This document shows, one piece after another, positions 1 to 11,897 of a stretch of DNA of 64,000 bases; position 1 is the stretch's first letter; the number at the start of each line of letters is the position of its first letter. The stretch comes from Scenedesmus sp. PABB004 (Eukaryota), in assembly GCA_014905635.1 (NCBI GenBank), contig JABVCE010000044.1, positions 62,001 to 126,000 of the forward strand, written 5' to 3'. The translations under genes and the position numbers were made by a program. The notes beneath the pieces are model-generated. The model was not told the DNA's origin. It made no database searches and was given only the letters and a program-made list of their open reading frames with translations.

Positions 1-168
1 GGCGGCAGGTTTGGCGGCAGTGCCGCGACAGTGATGCGACCGGCGCACAGTCACACGCGTGCGCCTGCCCTCTGGTCGTCCACCCCGCCACACTCGCACC
101 GATCACACCTCCCTCTTCCGAGCTGTTCCGCGCAGCCTGCACGCGGTCGCCGCAGCCCCGCGCTAAAG

Positions 169-993
169 ATGAAGGCCGCTACGCTCGCTGTCGCCGTGCT
201 GCTGGCCGCCGTCGCGCTGCACGGTGCGCGTGAGGAGCTCTCGGAGGTTGGGAGCATCTGCAACGGGGGTGGCGCCGGGGCCAGAGCGCCCGCCGCAGCG
301 GGCAATCGGCCGCGCGAACCGGCTCCCCGGGCGGCCCATTCAGGCCGTGCAGCCGCCAGCGCTCAGCTACCGACGCAGCCACGCTTGTCGCCGCGCCGCG
401 CCGGTGCCCGCTGCGGGTCACCGCCGTGCGCTGCTGCCGCCGCGGCGCACCGCTGCGGGTGACATCACAGCGCGCGCGTCGCTGCCGCCGCCGTGCCGCA
501 CCGCTGCGGGCCACCACGCGCCGCCGCCGCTGCCGCCACCGCTGCCGCCGCGCAGGCGCGCAGGGCGATAGCATCACCGACGCGATCAAGAACGCCGCGG
601 GCTCTGCTCTCGGCGGCGCCAAGAACGCAACTGCGACCGCTGGAAACGCGACCAAGGACGGTGTGTCGAGCTTCACCAGCTCCATCACCAAGTCCGCAAC
701 GGACGCCGTCAAGGTGCGCCCCTGTTGCGACTGCGCTGGCCCAGCCGGCCAGCGGCAGCCGCCCGCGCGCCGACCCGCCCCCGCCCCCGCACGCGCAGGG
801 CGCGGCGGGCACGGTGACCAACGCCGTCACGGGCGGCGGCGTGGCTGGGACCGTTGCTTCTGCGGCCGTGAATCAGAAGATTGATGCTGCCGCTGCCTCA
901 CTGACCGGGCAGAAGAGCTCGGCGGGCGCCGCCGCCGGGTCGCTCGTGCTCGCGACGGGCGCGGCGGGCGCTGTGCTGCTGCTGCTGCTGTGA
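169..993 (+). CDS. Small secreted, probably GPI-anchored Ala/Thr/Ser/Gly-rich surface protein (3 exons)
   Basis: Signal peptide MKAATLAVAVLLAAVALHG; GT-AG introns at ~224-555 and ~714-798; C-terminus KSSAGAAAGSLVLATGAAGAVLLLLL* resembles a GPI signal. Confidence 0.7.
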
Positions 994-1236
994 GCGCGTG
1001 CGTGCACGCGCGCGGTTCTGGCACGCGGCCGGCCCAGTGGTGTGGGGGCGCGGCGCGAACAGAAACGCGCGCTGCGGCGCCACCGAACTCGCCCACAGCG
1101 AGTGGCGCGAGGCGTCGCCTCTGGCTGGGCGACCTGAGTTCAACTCAGCAGTGCGGTCGGCGCGCTGCATCAGAACCTCGGCCTTGGGGCGGTCGCAAAC
1201 GCGTTGGTAACACGCAGACCGCCACTGCCGCCGCGC

Positions 1237-1388
1237 TCAGCCCGGCTGCGCCGCGTGCCCGTGCGCGGTCGGCGACGCCACAAACTCGCCCCACCACTCG
1301 TCCTCGTGCGCCACCGCCTTGGCCTGCTGGTGCAGCGGGCTGGGGCCATGCGCGTGCGAATGTGCGCGCGGCGCCGGCCTTGCCCCCG

Positions 1389-1419
<31 letters not shown>

Positions 1420-3736
1420 CTGGCTCCCGTGCGGATGGCCACCCGGAGCATGCTGGATGCTGAGCTGGCTGAAGCTGAGCACGTCGAGCTCCCGCCGAAG
1501 CGCTGCCACGCCGCCTGCCGCTGCAGGCGGACTGCTGCTCAGCGCGGCCGCGTGCGCGGGCGGGGCCGCGTGCGCGGGCGCGGCGGCGAACGGGTCCCAG
1601 CCCGCCTCCTCCGCCGCTGCGTGGTGGTCGCCGCCGCGGGCCCGGGGCGAGCTCATGTCGATGAGAGGTGGGCCGTCATCCGCACCGCCGCTGCAGCTGC
1701 GGACCGGCGGTGGCGGGCGCAGCAGCCCCCGGCTGGCGCCGCCGCCGCCGGCCTCCGCCGGCTGCTCGTCGCCGGAGAGAAGGTCGAGCGCGGCGCCGCG
1801 GTCCGAGCCGCGGTCCGAGCCGCGCAGCGACGACGCGGAGCTCAGCGGCCGCCGCGGCGAGGGCGGCGGCCCCAGCGACAGCGCGCCGCCGCCGCTGCCG
1901 CCGGGCGACGCGCCGCGCGCCGGGCCGCCGCCAGCGCTGCCCGGCCGGCTGCTGCCGCCACCGCCGCCGCCGCCGTCGCCGCCAGCGGCGGCGGCGCCGC
2001 CACTGCCCTCCGCTGCCGCGCCGCCGCCGGCACTGCCGCCGCCGGCGCCGCCGCCGCCCGCGGCAGCGAGGTTTGCGCGCTGCACGCGCTCCAGCGCCTC
2101 CGCCACGCTCTCCGCGCCCTCCGTGGAGCCCAGCAGCGCGAGCTGCTGCGGCGTCCAGGGCGCGCGGAAGGCCTCGGTCAGCACGTCGTGCAGCGCCGGC
2201 TCCTCCCAGGCGGGGAGCTCAATCTTGAGCAGCGCGAGCGCCCCCTCCATGTCGGCGATGCCCAGCAGGCGCGGCGCGACGCGGCGCAGCAGCCCCACCG
2301 CCGCCTTGAGCAGTGCCTCGTCCATCTTGTCCGCCATGATAACGTCCAGCACGCTGGCGGCCCGCAGCAGCACGCGCGTGCGCGGCGGCGCGGTTCGCGG
2401 CGCAGCGGCGGCGTGGCAGGCGCGCGCCAGGCAGCAGCATGGCAAGCGCGCGCGGCGGGCGCGCGGCGCGGCCGCGCGGCGCGGCACGCGGCGCACCGCG
2501 CTGAGAAGCTGGCCGGGAAGTCTGCCGAGAAGCAGGTCATCAGCCACGACGCGCCGTAGAGCAGCGGCAGCACGCCGAGCGACTCGAGGTGCGCGCACAG
2601 GCGCGCCGGCATGAGCCGCCCGAGCTGCCACAGGTGCGTCTGCGCGGGTTGCAGCGGCGCGGCCGCGCGTCGGCGCGGGGACGGCGCGGCGCGCCCAAAC
2701 GTCGGCGGTCCCCGAGCGCCCGGTTGCGCGGGCGAGCGCCGGGCGCCGCCGGCGGCGCCGCCGCGCCTGCACGAGGGCCATGTCTGTTGAGTAGTAGCTG
2801 CGCAGGCCGCGGTCGCGCATGAGCATCACGAGCGCGCCAAACGCGTGGCGCTCGGGGAGGTACATCAGCAGCAGCCCCGCGACGACTGCGCGGCGCGGCG
2901 CGGCGCGGCGCTCGCGGGCGGCGCCCCGGGCTCACGCCTCCCTCCTGCGCGCGCCGCCGGCCGCTCACAGTTCATGCCTTGGCAGTAGCCCACCTAGTGC
3001 GGCGGCGGCGGCGGCGGCGGCGGCGGCATGAGCGCGCGGGCCGGCGGCCGTGCCTTGGAGGGCTGCACACACGCCGCCGCTGCTGGCGCCGCACCTCTGG
3101 GTCGGCCGCGGCGTACGCCACGAGCACGCGGCGCAGCGCGGCCTGGCCCTCCGGCGCCGCGAAGCGGCGCGTCGACGGGAAGGTGCGCTGCAGGTCCTTG
3201 TCGATGTCGCCCAGCGCCTCGGCCGACACGGGCTGCGGCGCGCGGCGCGCACGGCGCGCGCGGGCGCGGGCGGCCGCTCTCCCCCTGGCGGTGGTGACGG
3301 GCGGCGGGCGGCCGCCGCTCCGGCGGCAGCCAGCCGGCGCCGCCGCCGCCGCCGCCGCACCGAGAGCAGCATGTCCTCGTAGCGCTCCGCCGCCGCGGCG
3401 CCGAGGCCCCCCTTGCGCTGCAGCGCGCTGAGCCAGAGCTGCGTGCGCATCGCGCGCGGCGCCGGCTCGAGGATGGTCTTGCCCACCTGCAGCGTGACAA
3501 AGGGCTCGTCGTCCTGCGCCCGCGGCGGCGGCGCCGGCAGCGTCGGCGGGCGGCGGGCGGCGGGCGGCGGGCGGCGGGCGGCGGGCGGCGGGTTGCGGGC
3601 AGCGGCGCAGCGGCGGGCCGCGCCGCGCCTGCAGCGCCTTGCGCCCGCCCTGCCGGCCCAGCCCCAGCGAGGCCAGGCGCTGGCGCAGGTCGTCGCGGAG
3701 GGCGGGGAGGCCGCTGAAGGACCGCCTGGGCGCCAT
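1237..3736 (-). CDS. TBC-domain Rab GTPase-activating protein
   Basis: Spliced exons give IDKDLQRTFP (R-finger), VGYCQGMN (Q-finger), VAGLLLMYLPERHAF and YGASWLMTCFS, followed by a low-complexity C-terminus. Confidence 0.9.
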
Positions 3737-4734
3737 CGTGCCAGCGCTCCGCCGCAGCAGCGCTGCTCGCTGCTGCGCCTCAGGCGCCCCTCATCCCCGC
3801 GCGCCGCCCGCCCGGCCCGGCGTCGGCGTCGCTGTTGTGGTGCCGGGAGCGCGAGCCTGGGCGGACTGCCGCGCCGGCGAGCGGGAGCGGCGGCGCGGCG
3901 CACACGGCAGCGGCGCCGGCGTCGGGCCCGCGGCGGCCGGCGGCGGGCGCACGGAGAGCGGCGTCTTTGGCGGTCGGCGGCGTGTCGGGCGGCCGTGCGG
4001 GGCGGCCGTGCGGCGGCGATGCGGCACGCGGCGCCGTTCAACCGCGGCGGCGCGTGCGCCGTAAGTCGCGCGTGCGCGGGGCGCGCTGTGGTCGGCGCAG
4101 GCCCGCCGTCGTCGCCGTCTTCATCGGACGCGCTGCCCCGCGCGCCCAGCCCGCACCGCTGCCGCCGCCGCTGCCGCTGCCGGTGCGTCCGGTGCCGCCG
4201 CCGCGCAGGCGCAGCTCAGCCCTGGCCCTGGTGCTGGTGCTGAAGCTCGGGTGGACCTTGACCGCTTGGCGTACGGCAGACGCGCGGGTCGGGGCACGCG
4301 GGTTAGTCCGCGCAGCTGACTCCTGGGTTGGCACCCCGGCGCCACCGGCCACTCCCCCTCCCCGGCGCGTTGTCAGTGAGCGGCCAGGTTCATCGTAGCA
4401 GCTAGACGCGCCTGCGTGGGGCGGCGATCGGCCGCGTTTCGCGACAGCAGCGCGGCGAGGTCGCACGCCACGTCCGCGCTGCCGACGCGCCCCGCCGCGC
4501 AGCGCCGGTGCCAGTTTTGGTGTTCTCGCGCCGCCCGCAGCACGTCTTGCCGTGCGCGGGTCAGGGGCGCGGGGTGCGCAGACCTAAAGTGCGCGCTGGC
4601 CGCTGCGTCGCTGCTCCGATTGGGCGCTGCGGGCTGGCCGCAGCGCGGGGGGCGTGATGCGAGCGGCTGCGACGCCCGCGCGCCCTGACCGCGCCCCGGC
4701 GCGGCGCCTGGGCATCCCCCGCAGGCCCGCGGCC

Positions 4735-7138
4735 ATGGGCGCCTCGGCCTCCTCCCTCGTCGCCCAGGTCTACGCCGGCCTGGACGGGGCGCGCATGCTG
4801 GCGAGCGCCAAGGCGGGGGCGGAGCAGGAGCTGCGGGAGGCGCTCGAGCGCGAGGGCCCGCTCGCGCTGCTGTCGAGCAGCTACGCGGCCGGGCACACCC
4901 TCGTGCACCTGGCCGCCCAGGAGGGCCATCTGCCGGCGCTGCAGCTGCTCGTGCGGCTCATCCGCGAGCACGCGCGCCCGCTCGCGGCGGCGCTCGTGCA
5001 GCGCGTCGCGGCGGCGGCGACGCCCGAGGGCGTGCGCTGGCGGGAGCTCGCGCTGCCCTGCCCCCGCGTGCCCAAGCAGCAGGTGCTCGCGCTGCTGCAG
5101 CCGGACGCGGTGCTGCGCACGCTGCTGAGCTGGCAGACCGGCCGCGGCACGACGCCGCTCATGCTCGCCGCGCGCGGCGGGCACGCCGACTGCGTCGCGC
5201 TGCTGCTCGCCGAGGGCGCCGACCCGCTGCTGCTCGACAAGCCGACGCGCAGGCGCGGCCCGCGGCACGGCCTGCACGACCGCGCCCGGGCGCGCGCGCG
5301 CGCCCGCTTCCGGCCGGCCCGCCCGCGCGCGCGCCCGCGGGCCCACGGGTCGCCTCGCCGGCGCCGCCGCAGGTCGTGCCTGCACTACGCCGCGCTCGCC
5401 GGGCACGCCAACTGCGTGAACGCTCTGCTGAACGAGTTTGCCACCGTGCCCGTGCCCGGGCAAGAGGGGCGCGAGGTGCTGCTGCACTCGGCGCTGCTGC
5501 GCGACGGCGTGGGCGGCACCAGCAAGTGCGCGCGGGGCTGCTGGACCCCCGCGCGCCGCCGCGGCGCCGCGCTGCCGCGCGCGCAGGCAGGCCCCGCCGC
5601 CCCCCTCTCCGCCGCGCACCTCCCACGCGCCGCGCGCGCCCACCCCTCCCGCCCAGGTTTGTCGACCTCCGCAGCAGCAGCGGTTTCTCGCCGCTGCACT
5701 ACGCTGCCTTCTGGGGCCACAGCGCGGTCGTGCGGGCGCTGCTCACCGCCGGCGCGAGCGTGCTGCAGCCCACCGCCAACGGCGCCGGCACCAGCAGCAG
5801 CGCGACCGAGCTGCTCGTTGACCGCGGCTGCAACGCGCTGCACCTCGCCGCGGGCAACGGCCACGTGCTCGTCGCGGCGACGCTGCTCATGGCCCACGTG
5901 CGCCCCGCGCGCGCGCCGGCTCGCGCCCGCGCCGCGCCGCCGCGCCACGTCGCTGCGCCGCGCCGCTGCGCCGCGCCGCGCCGCTGCGCCGCGCCACCAC
6001 GCCGCCGCGCCCGCGAAGGCACCGCGGGCCGACTCGCCGCCGCGCCGCCGCGCTGCTGCGCAGGCGGAGGTCATGTCGCGCCACGCGGCCCGCCCGCTCG
6101 GGCGCGCCTCGGCGCAGGAGGCGTGGGAGGGCGTGCCGCACACCGACCCGCGCGCCGTCAAGAACAGCAGCGGCTTCACGCCGCACGGCCTGGCCGCCGC
6201 GGCGCGGCGGCCGCAGGGGCTGCTGATGCTGCTCAATCCAGGCGTGCCGCTGCTGTGGGTGCTGCAGAGCGCGGGCCTGCAGAGCAAGGGCCGGTTCGGC
6301 GTGCCGAAGCTCGCGGTGAGGGCGCCCGCCCGCCGGCGGGCGGGCGGGGGGGGGGGGGGGGGCAGCGCGTGCGGCCGGGTCGTGCGTGCGCGGCGCGCTC
6401 ACGCCCGCGGCCGCGGCCGCCGCGCGTCGCCGTGCCCAGGTGCTGGCCAAGCTGGTGCTGGACGAGCACCTCACGCAGAGCCTGGACGAGCTAGAGGCGG
6501 AGCTCGCGGCCGAGCAGCGGGCGGAGGCGCTGCCCGGCAGCGCGGCCGAGGCCGCGGGGCTGCTGCGGCACGACAGCGGCGCGAGCAGCAGCGCCGGCGG
6601 CGACGTCCGCGCCCTCGCGCCGCGGCCGCGCGACGTGCTGCGGCTGGCGCCGGAGGAGGCGGCGGCGACCGCGGCCGCGGCGGCTGCCGCGGCGGCCGCC
6701 GCCAGCACCGCGGTCGGCGCCCCGTGCTCGCCTGGTGGCGGCGGCTGCGGCTGCGGCGGCGCCGTCTCAACGCGCTCGCTGTGCGAGCTGTCGTTGAGCG
6801 GCAGCAGCTGCGGCCTGGGCAGCAGCGCGGGCAGCCGCGCCGCGTCGCAGTCGAGCCTCACGAGCCTGTGCAGCGACGCGTGCGCCGCCGAGCCTGCCCC
6901 GGCCTGGCTCGGCGACCTGGCGCCGGTGCCGCCCTCCGACGACGCTGCCAGCAGCTGCGCGAGCGAGGCGCTGTGCGGCATCTGCTTCGACGTGCCCTGC
7001 GCCGCGGCGCTTGCGGGCTGCGGGCACCGCCTGTGCGTGGGCTGCGCGCGCTGCATCGTCGCCGTCAGCGCCGCCGACAAGCCCGCGGCCTGCCCCTTTT
7101 GCAGGCAGAGCGTGGGCGGCTTTGTGCGCGCCGACTGA
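4735..7138 (+). CDS. Ankyrin-repeat + C3HC4 RING E3 ligase (XBAT/XB3-like)
   Basis: MGASAS (possible myristoylation); ankyrin repeats GHTLVHLAAQEGH, GTTPLMLAARGGH, SCLHYAALAGH, GFSPLHYAAFWGH, GCNALHLAAGNGH; C-terminal RING CGICFD...CGHRLCVGC...CPFCR. Confidence 0.88.
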
Positions 7139-8026
7139 CGGACGCGCCGCAGCGGCGCCGCGAGCACTGTCGACACTGCCTTGGGGCCAGCGGCCCCTCA
7201 CTGCCAAGCGAGCGTACACCGTTGCTGCTGCTGTCTGACGTGCCGGGGCGGTGCGCGCGCACCGGCGCTGCCAGCTCGCGCGAGCCCATAGTGGCCGCAG
7301 GCTGGCGCTGCGCGCCGCCAGGTTGGCGGTGCGTTGTTGTTTCATGGCGGCGGCGGCACTCGCATTTCATCGCCACCACCCATGCACCCGCGTGAGCGCT
7401 CACCACCACACGCACTTGCGCACGCTCCCTCCCTGCGGGCGGGGGGAGCCGCTCTCCAGCGCCCCGCCGCGGCTGTACATTCTCCTGCAGGATGCATCAA
7501 ACGCATGCCCGCGTGGGCTGCACGGGGGGGGGGGGGGGGGGGGCAAAGGAGGAGGGGGCGACCAAGAACGGCGGCGAGCGGGCGCAGGCAGCCGCTGCCT
7601 GGCGTCGCCGTGCCGCATGCTCTGGCGAACAACCAAACACAGAGGGCTTCCTTGCGCGCTGCGTCCGTTGTTGCGGCGCCGCGCGTCTGCGTTGTTGTTG
7701 TACTTGTGTTGCGCGAGCCCTTGACTTGACTTGACTCGTGTTTCGCTTGCTCGCTGCGGGAGGGCCCGTGCGCGCGGCTGACCTCTGGGTGGAGGGGCTG
7801 GGCGCGCGCGGCCGGCCCCCGCGCCGCCGCACCTCACGCGCCCCCGTGCGTGCAGCGGCGGCGCGGCGAGCCGCTACTACATCGTCCAGACCATCGCAGC
7901 AGGCACTGCTGCTTGACTAGGGGGGCTATTCGCTGGAAGAAGAAGAGCGATTGCTCGAAGAACGGAAGTGAGCGAGCGAGCGCGCATCGGGTGGTTTCAA
8001 ATTCGAGCTTGACCAGGGCGTCGTCG

Positions 8027-8060
<34 letters not shown>

Positions 8061-8590
8061 GTGGTGGTTGCTGCTGCTGACGCACGGGCGCCGGGCTCCG
8101 GGCTCCGGCCAGCGGCCGCCGCCCAGCGCGGGGGCGGCCCGGCCGTTGGACTGCCCGCCCCGCTCGCTCGCCGCGCGTGTTGCGCTGTGTGCGGGGTGTG
8201 TCTGCTTGTGTGTGCGTGTGTGCGTGCTGCCACGCGGCGCTCCCGCCGCCGGGGCGGCGGCGCGCGGGCTGCCGACGCAGTGGCTAAAGCCCTGCTGCGC
8301 GGTTGCGGCTCAGGCAAAACCCAGGCGCCTCACATTTGGCTTTTATGCGCCGCCCCACAGCTTGCCCGACCCTCTCCGTCGACGCTGGCGGCCAGGCGCA
8401 CCGGGCTGCGCCACGCCCGCGGGTGGGGGCGAGGGTCGAAAGCTGATCGTCGCGCCAAGCGCGCCGGCGCCGCGCGATCAGCCGCCCATCACGCCCCCGC
8501 ATGCGCCTGTAGCCTCGCTCTGGACGGTCTAGGGTCGTGGGCGGCGCCACAGGCAGCGGCGGCGCGCCTGCGCGCCACCACACGCAAAAA

Positions 8591-10020
8591 ATGGCGCTGT
8601 GCGTGTGCCCGAGCGCGCCGCAGCTCCTCCTGGGCTGCGCCGCGCCCGGGTCTGAAGCGTCTGGCAAGCGCAAGGACGTGGACATGGCCACAGAGGTGCG
8701 GCCGGGGCGATCAGGGGCCGACGCGAGCCGTGGGGGCGCTCACAAGCTCGGCATCGCTCACTGCCGCCGACCGCCCTCCCCCGGCGCCCGTCTTGCGCCG
8801 CAGCTGCACCACCTGGTCGCAGCCGCAAGCAAGAAGCGCATCCGCACCGAGCTGCTGCGCTCCTCGTCGTCCCACCAGGCGCGCGGCGGCGGCGCGGCGC
8901 GCGCACTCCCAGCGCGCGCCGCCTCCCGGGCTCGAAAGCAGCGCGCAGCGGTCGCCTCACGCCGCGCCCGCCCCCGCAGGCGCCCCTGCTGGCACGCCTG
9001 GCCAAGAGCGACGCCGCGCAGCAGCCGGACCAGGCGCCGCCGACGCCGGCCGCGCCGCCGCCGCGCGCGCCGGGCCGGCGCGCCGCGCTGCGCGAGGCGT
9101 TCCACCTGCTGAGCGAGTGCGAGGCGGAGGGCCTCGCGGAGAGCCTGCGCAAGGAGGCGGCGGCGGGCGGCGCCGCGCCGTGCGTCGACCCGCAGCGCCG
9201 CCTGCTGCTCGTCGACTGGCTCGTCGACCTGTCGGACGAGTATGGGCTCGCCCAGGAGTCGCTCTTCCTCGCCGTCTCGCTGCTCGACCGCTTCTTGTCC
9301 CGCGGCGCGGTGCCGGCCGGCTCGCTGCAACTGCTCGGCGTGACGTGCCTCTTCGTGGCGGCAAAGTACGAGGAGGTCGCGCCGCCGAGCCTGGCAGGTG
9401 GGTACTCCTCGCTGGGCCCCAGCCAGCCCGTGGCGTCCAGCACCTGCGGCGGGCGGTCATGCTGTTGTTGCTCACCCGGCCGCTGGGCGGCCGCGCCCGC
9501 CGCAGACTTTGTGGACGCGACCGACAACGCGGTCTCGCCCGCGCGCATCGTCGCGATGGAGGGCGCGCTCCTGCGCGCGCTGGGCTTCCGGCTCGCTCTG
9601 CCGACGCCGCTGACCTTCCTGCACACGCTGCTCGCGCACGCGCGCGCCGAGGCCGGCGGCGGCGACGGCGGCGGCGGCGGCGCGGCGCTGGGGCAGCTCG
9701 CGGCCTACCTGCTGGAGCTGGGCCTGCTCACGCCCGAGTGCCGCGGCCACCGCCCCAGCGTCCTCGCGGCGGCGGCGCTGCTGCTCGCGGGCGACCTGCT
9801 GCCCGGCGGCGGCGCGGAGCCGCGCGCGCGCGCCGCCGCCGTGCGCGTGTGCCGCGCGATCGCCGCGGCCGCGGGCGCGCCGCTCGAGGGCGCCGTGGCC
9901 GAGCTGCGCCGCATGCACGCATGGGCGGCGCGCGCGGCGGCGCCGCCGTGTGTGCGCGAGAAGTACCGCCGCGCGCGCCACGGCCGCGTCGCGGACCTGC
10001 CGCTGCCCGCCACCTGGTGA
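8591..10020 (+). CDS. A/B-type cyclin (divergent)
   Basis: Cyclin box RLLLVDWLVDLSDEYGLAQESLFLAVSLLDRFL, LQLLGVTCLFVAAKYEE, MEGALLRALGFRLALPTPLTFL, VREKY; candidate RxxL D-box (RAAL). Confidence 0.88.
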
Positions 10021-10882
10021 CGGCCACGGCCCCCCGGGGGCCCTGGCCGCCCGGCGCAGCGCCGGGCGCGCCCGTGAGCGACAGCGGCGCAGAGCAGCGG
10101 CAGCGCAGAGCAGCAGCCGCTAGCGGCCGGCGGGCGCGCGGCGGCGGGCGCGGCAGCGGCCGCCTCGCCGCCGCGCAGCCTCGCCGGCGGCAGGGAGCCC
10201 GGCTTGGGCTGGACTCGGGTAGCTAGCCAGCAGCAGGCGCATCGGCCGTAGGCAGGCAGGGAGGCCACTGTCGTGTGTGTCGCACTTTGTTTTGAACAGA
10301 GCGCTGTACAGAGCGCTGTACAGAAACGTCGGCGGCAGTTGAGGCGCCTGCTGCCCGGCGCCGGGGCGTGAACGGGCCGAGCGCGCCGTGTGTGTTGCCC
10401 CTGCCGCGCGCGTGTACAGCGAGGCCAGCGGCTGCAGCGTGCTCTCTGTCGGGCCTTTGTGCGCGCCGACACGCGGGGGGAGCGGTCGGGGGGCTGCGGC
10501 GCTGCGCCGCGGGGCGCGGCCCCGTTTGTTGGTTGGTAGCTAGGCGCTAGACCACCGCTCATAAGACTGCTCTGCACATGCGGCGGCGGCGCGGCCCCTG
10601 CGAGGGCCGGCCGCGCGCCGCCGCCGCGCCTCCTCGCGCTCTGGGCTGGCTCCGCGCGGCGCCGCCCTGCTGTGCGTCGTGCCCCGCCCACGCCGGTAGC
10701 TCTAGGCTGTAGCGGCCAGTTCTGGTGCTTGCGTGTGTGATTGTGCGGGGCGCACTGCTGCTCGAAACCTCACGCCGCGCCGCGCGCGCGCTGCAGAAGC
10801 GGCGCCGGCTGGCGGCGTGCTTGGCCAGCACTGCAGAGTTGGGGCGTCGGCGAATCAAGCAGCCCGGGCTCTGGCGCTGTGT

Positions 10883-10886
<4 letters not shown>

Positions 10887-10945
<59 letters not shown>

Positions 10946-10992
10946 TGTGTGTGTGTGATCCTTTGTGTGATCCTTTGTGTGATCCTTTGTGA
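10887..10992. repeat. (TG)n microsatellite followed by ~3x GATCCTTTGTGT
   Basis: Directly visible in the sequence. Confidence 0.95.
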
Positions 10993-11439
10993 TCATGTCC
11001 TGTGCTGTTGTGCTGGGTGCTGAGGGCGGCACGCTTGCAAGCCTCGGACGCGCGCAGCCTGCAGCCGAGCCGGCGGCTCGGCCCGCCGCGCTGCCACCGC
11101 GCAACGCGAGGCCCCTATACGCGCAAGCCTGGAGCGTTTGCCAACGCCACAGGTCGGCGCACGCGCGGTTATAGCGGCCCGCCACCGCCCCGCGCGTGGC
11201 GTGCCGCCTGGCCCGCCGCCGCGCTGCTGCCCGGGACCGCGCGCCCGCCCCGCCGCCGTTAACCCGCAGTTCGCCAGCCCCGCGCTATTTAGGCCCGTGC
11301 TCGCACGGCGCAGCTCGCACCGGCTGCGGAGTGCACTGCGCACCTCCCGGCGACCTCCCGGCGCAGCGCGGCGCTCCGGGCGAGCGCATGGCCGGTCCGT
11401 GAGCTCCAGCGCACTCAAACCCCGTGTCGCGTGGCCTGC

Positions 11440-11852
11440 ATGGCGCGCCCGCTGGGCTGCGCGCTGGTGGCCATCTTGGCCGCCGCTGCCGGCGCCGCCG
11501 CGCTGGCGCCGTGCCAGTTCGGGCCCTCCAGCCACTGGCAGCTGGACCTCTCCACCGCGCCCGTGCACCCGGCCAGCGCGTGAGCGGATGGCGCGCGGCG
11601 GCACCAGCGCGCGCGTGGCCCGCGCAGCGGCCCGCCGCCGCGCCGCGCGCGCAAACAGCGACGACCGCCGTGCCGCCGCAGGTCCATCGTGGCCAACATC
11701 AACGACGACAACGCGAACCGTGGCCTGCAGGCGGACTTTGCGGGCCACACCGGCGCCGGCGCGACGCGCGTGGACTACGGTGCGCGCGACCGCGCACGCG
11801 GCCGGCCGAGCTCGCAGCGGGCGGGCTCAAACTCACGCGCACACGTGTGTCA

Positions 11853-11897
<45 letters not shown>

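Noticed and set aside
10957..10992. Short direct repeats here and at 52806 and 63342 as CRISPR-like arrays
   Set aside because: They are head-to-tail without unique spacers, no cas genes are present, and the context is eukaryotic.
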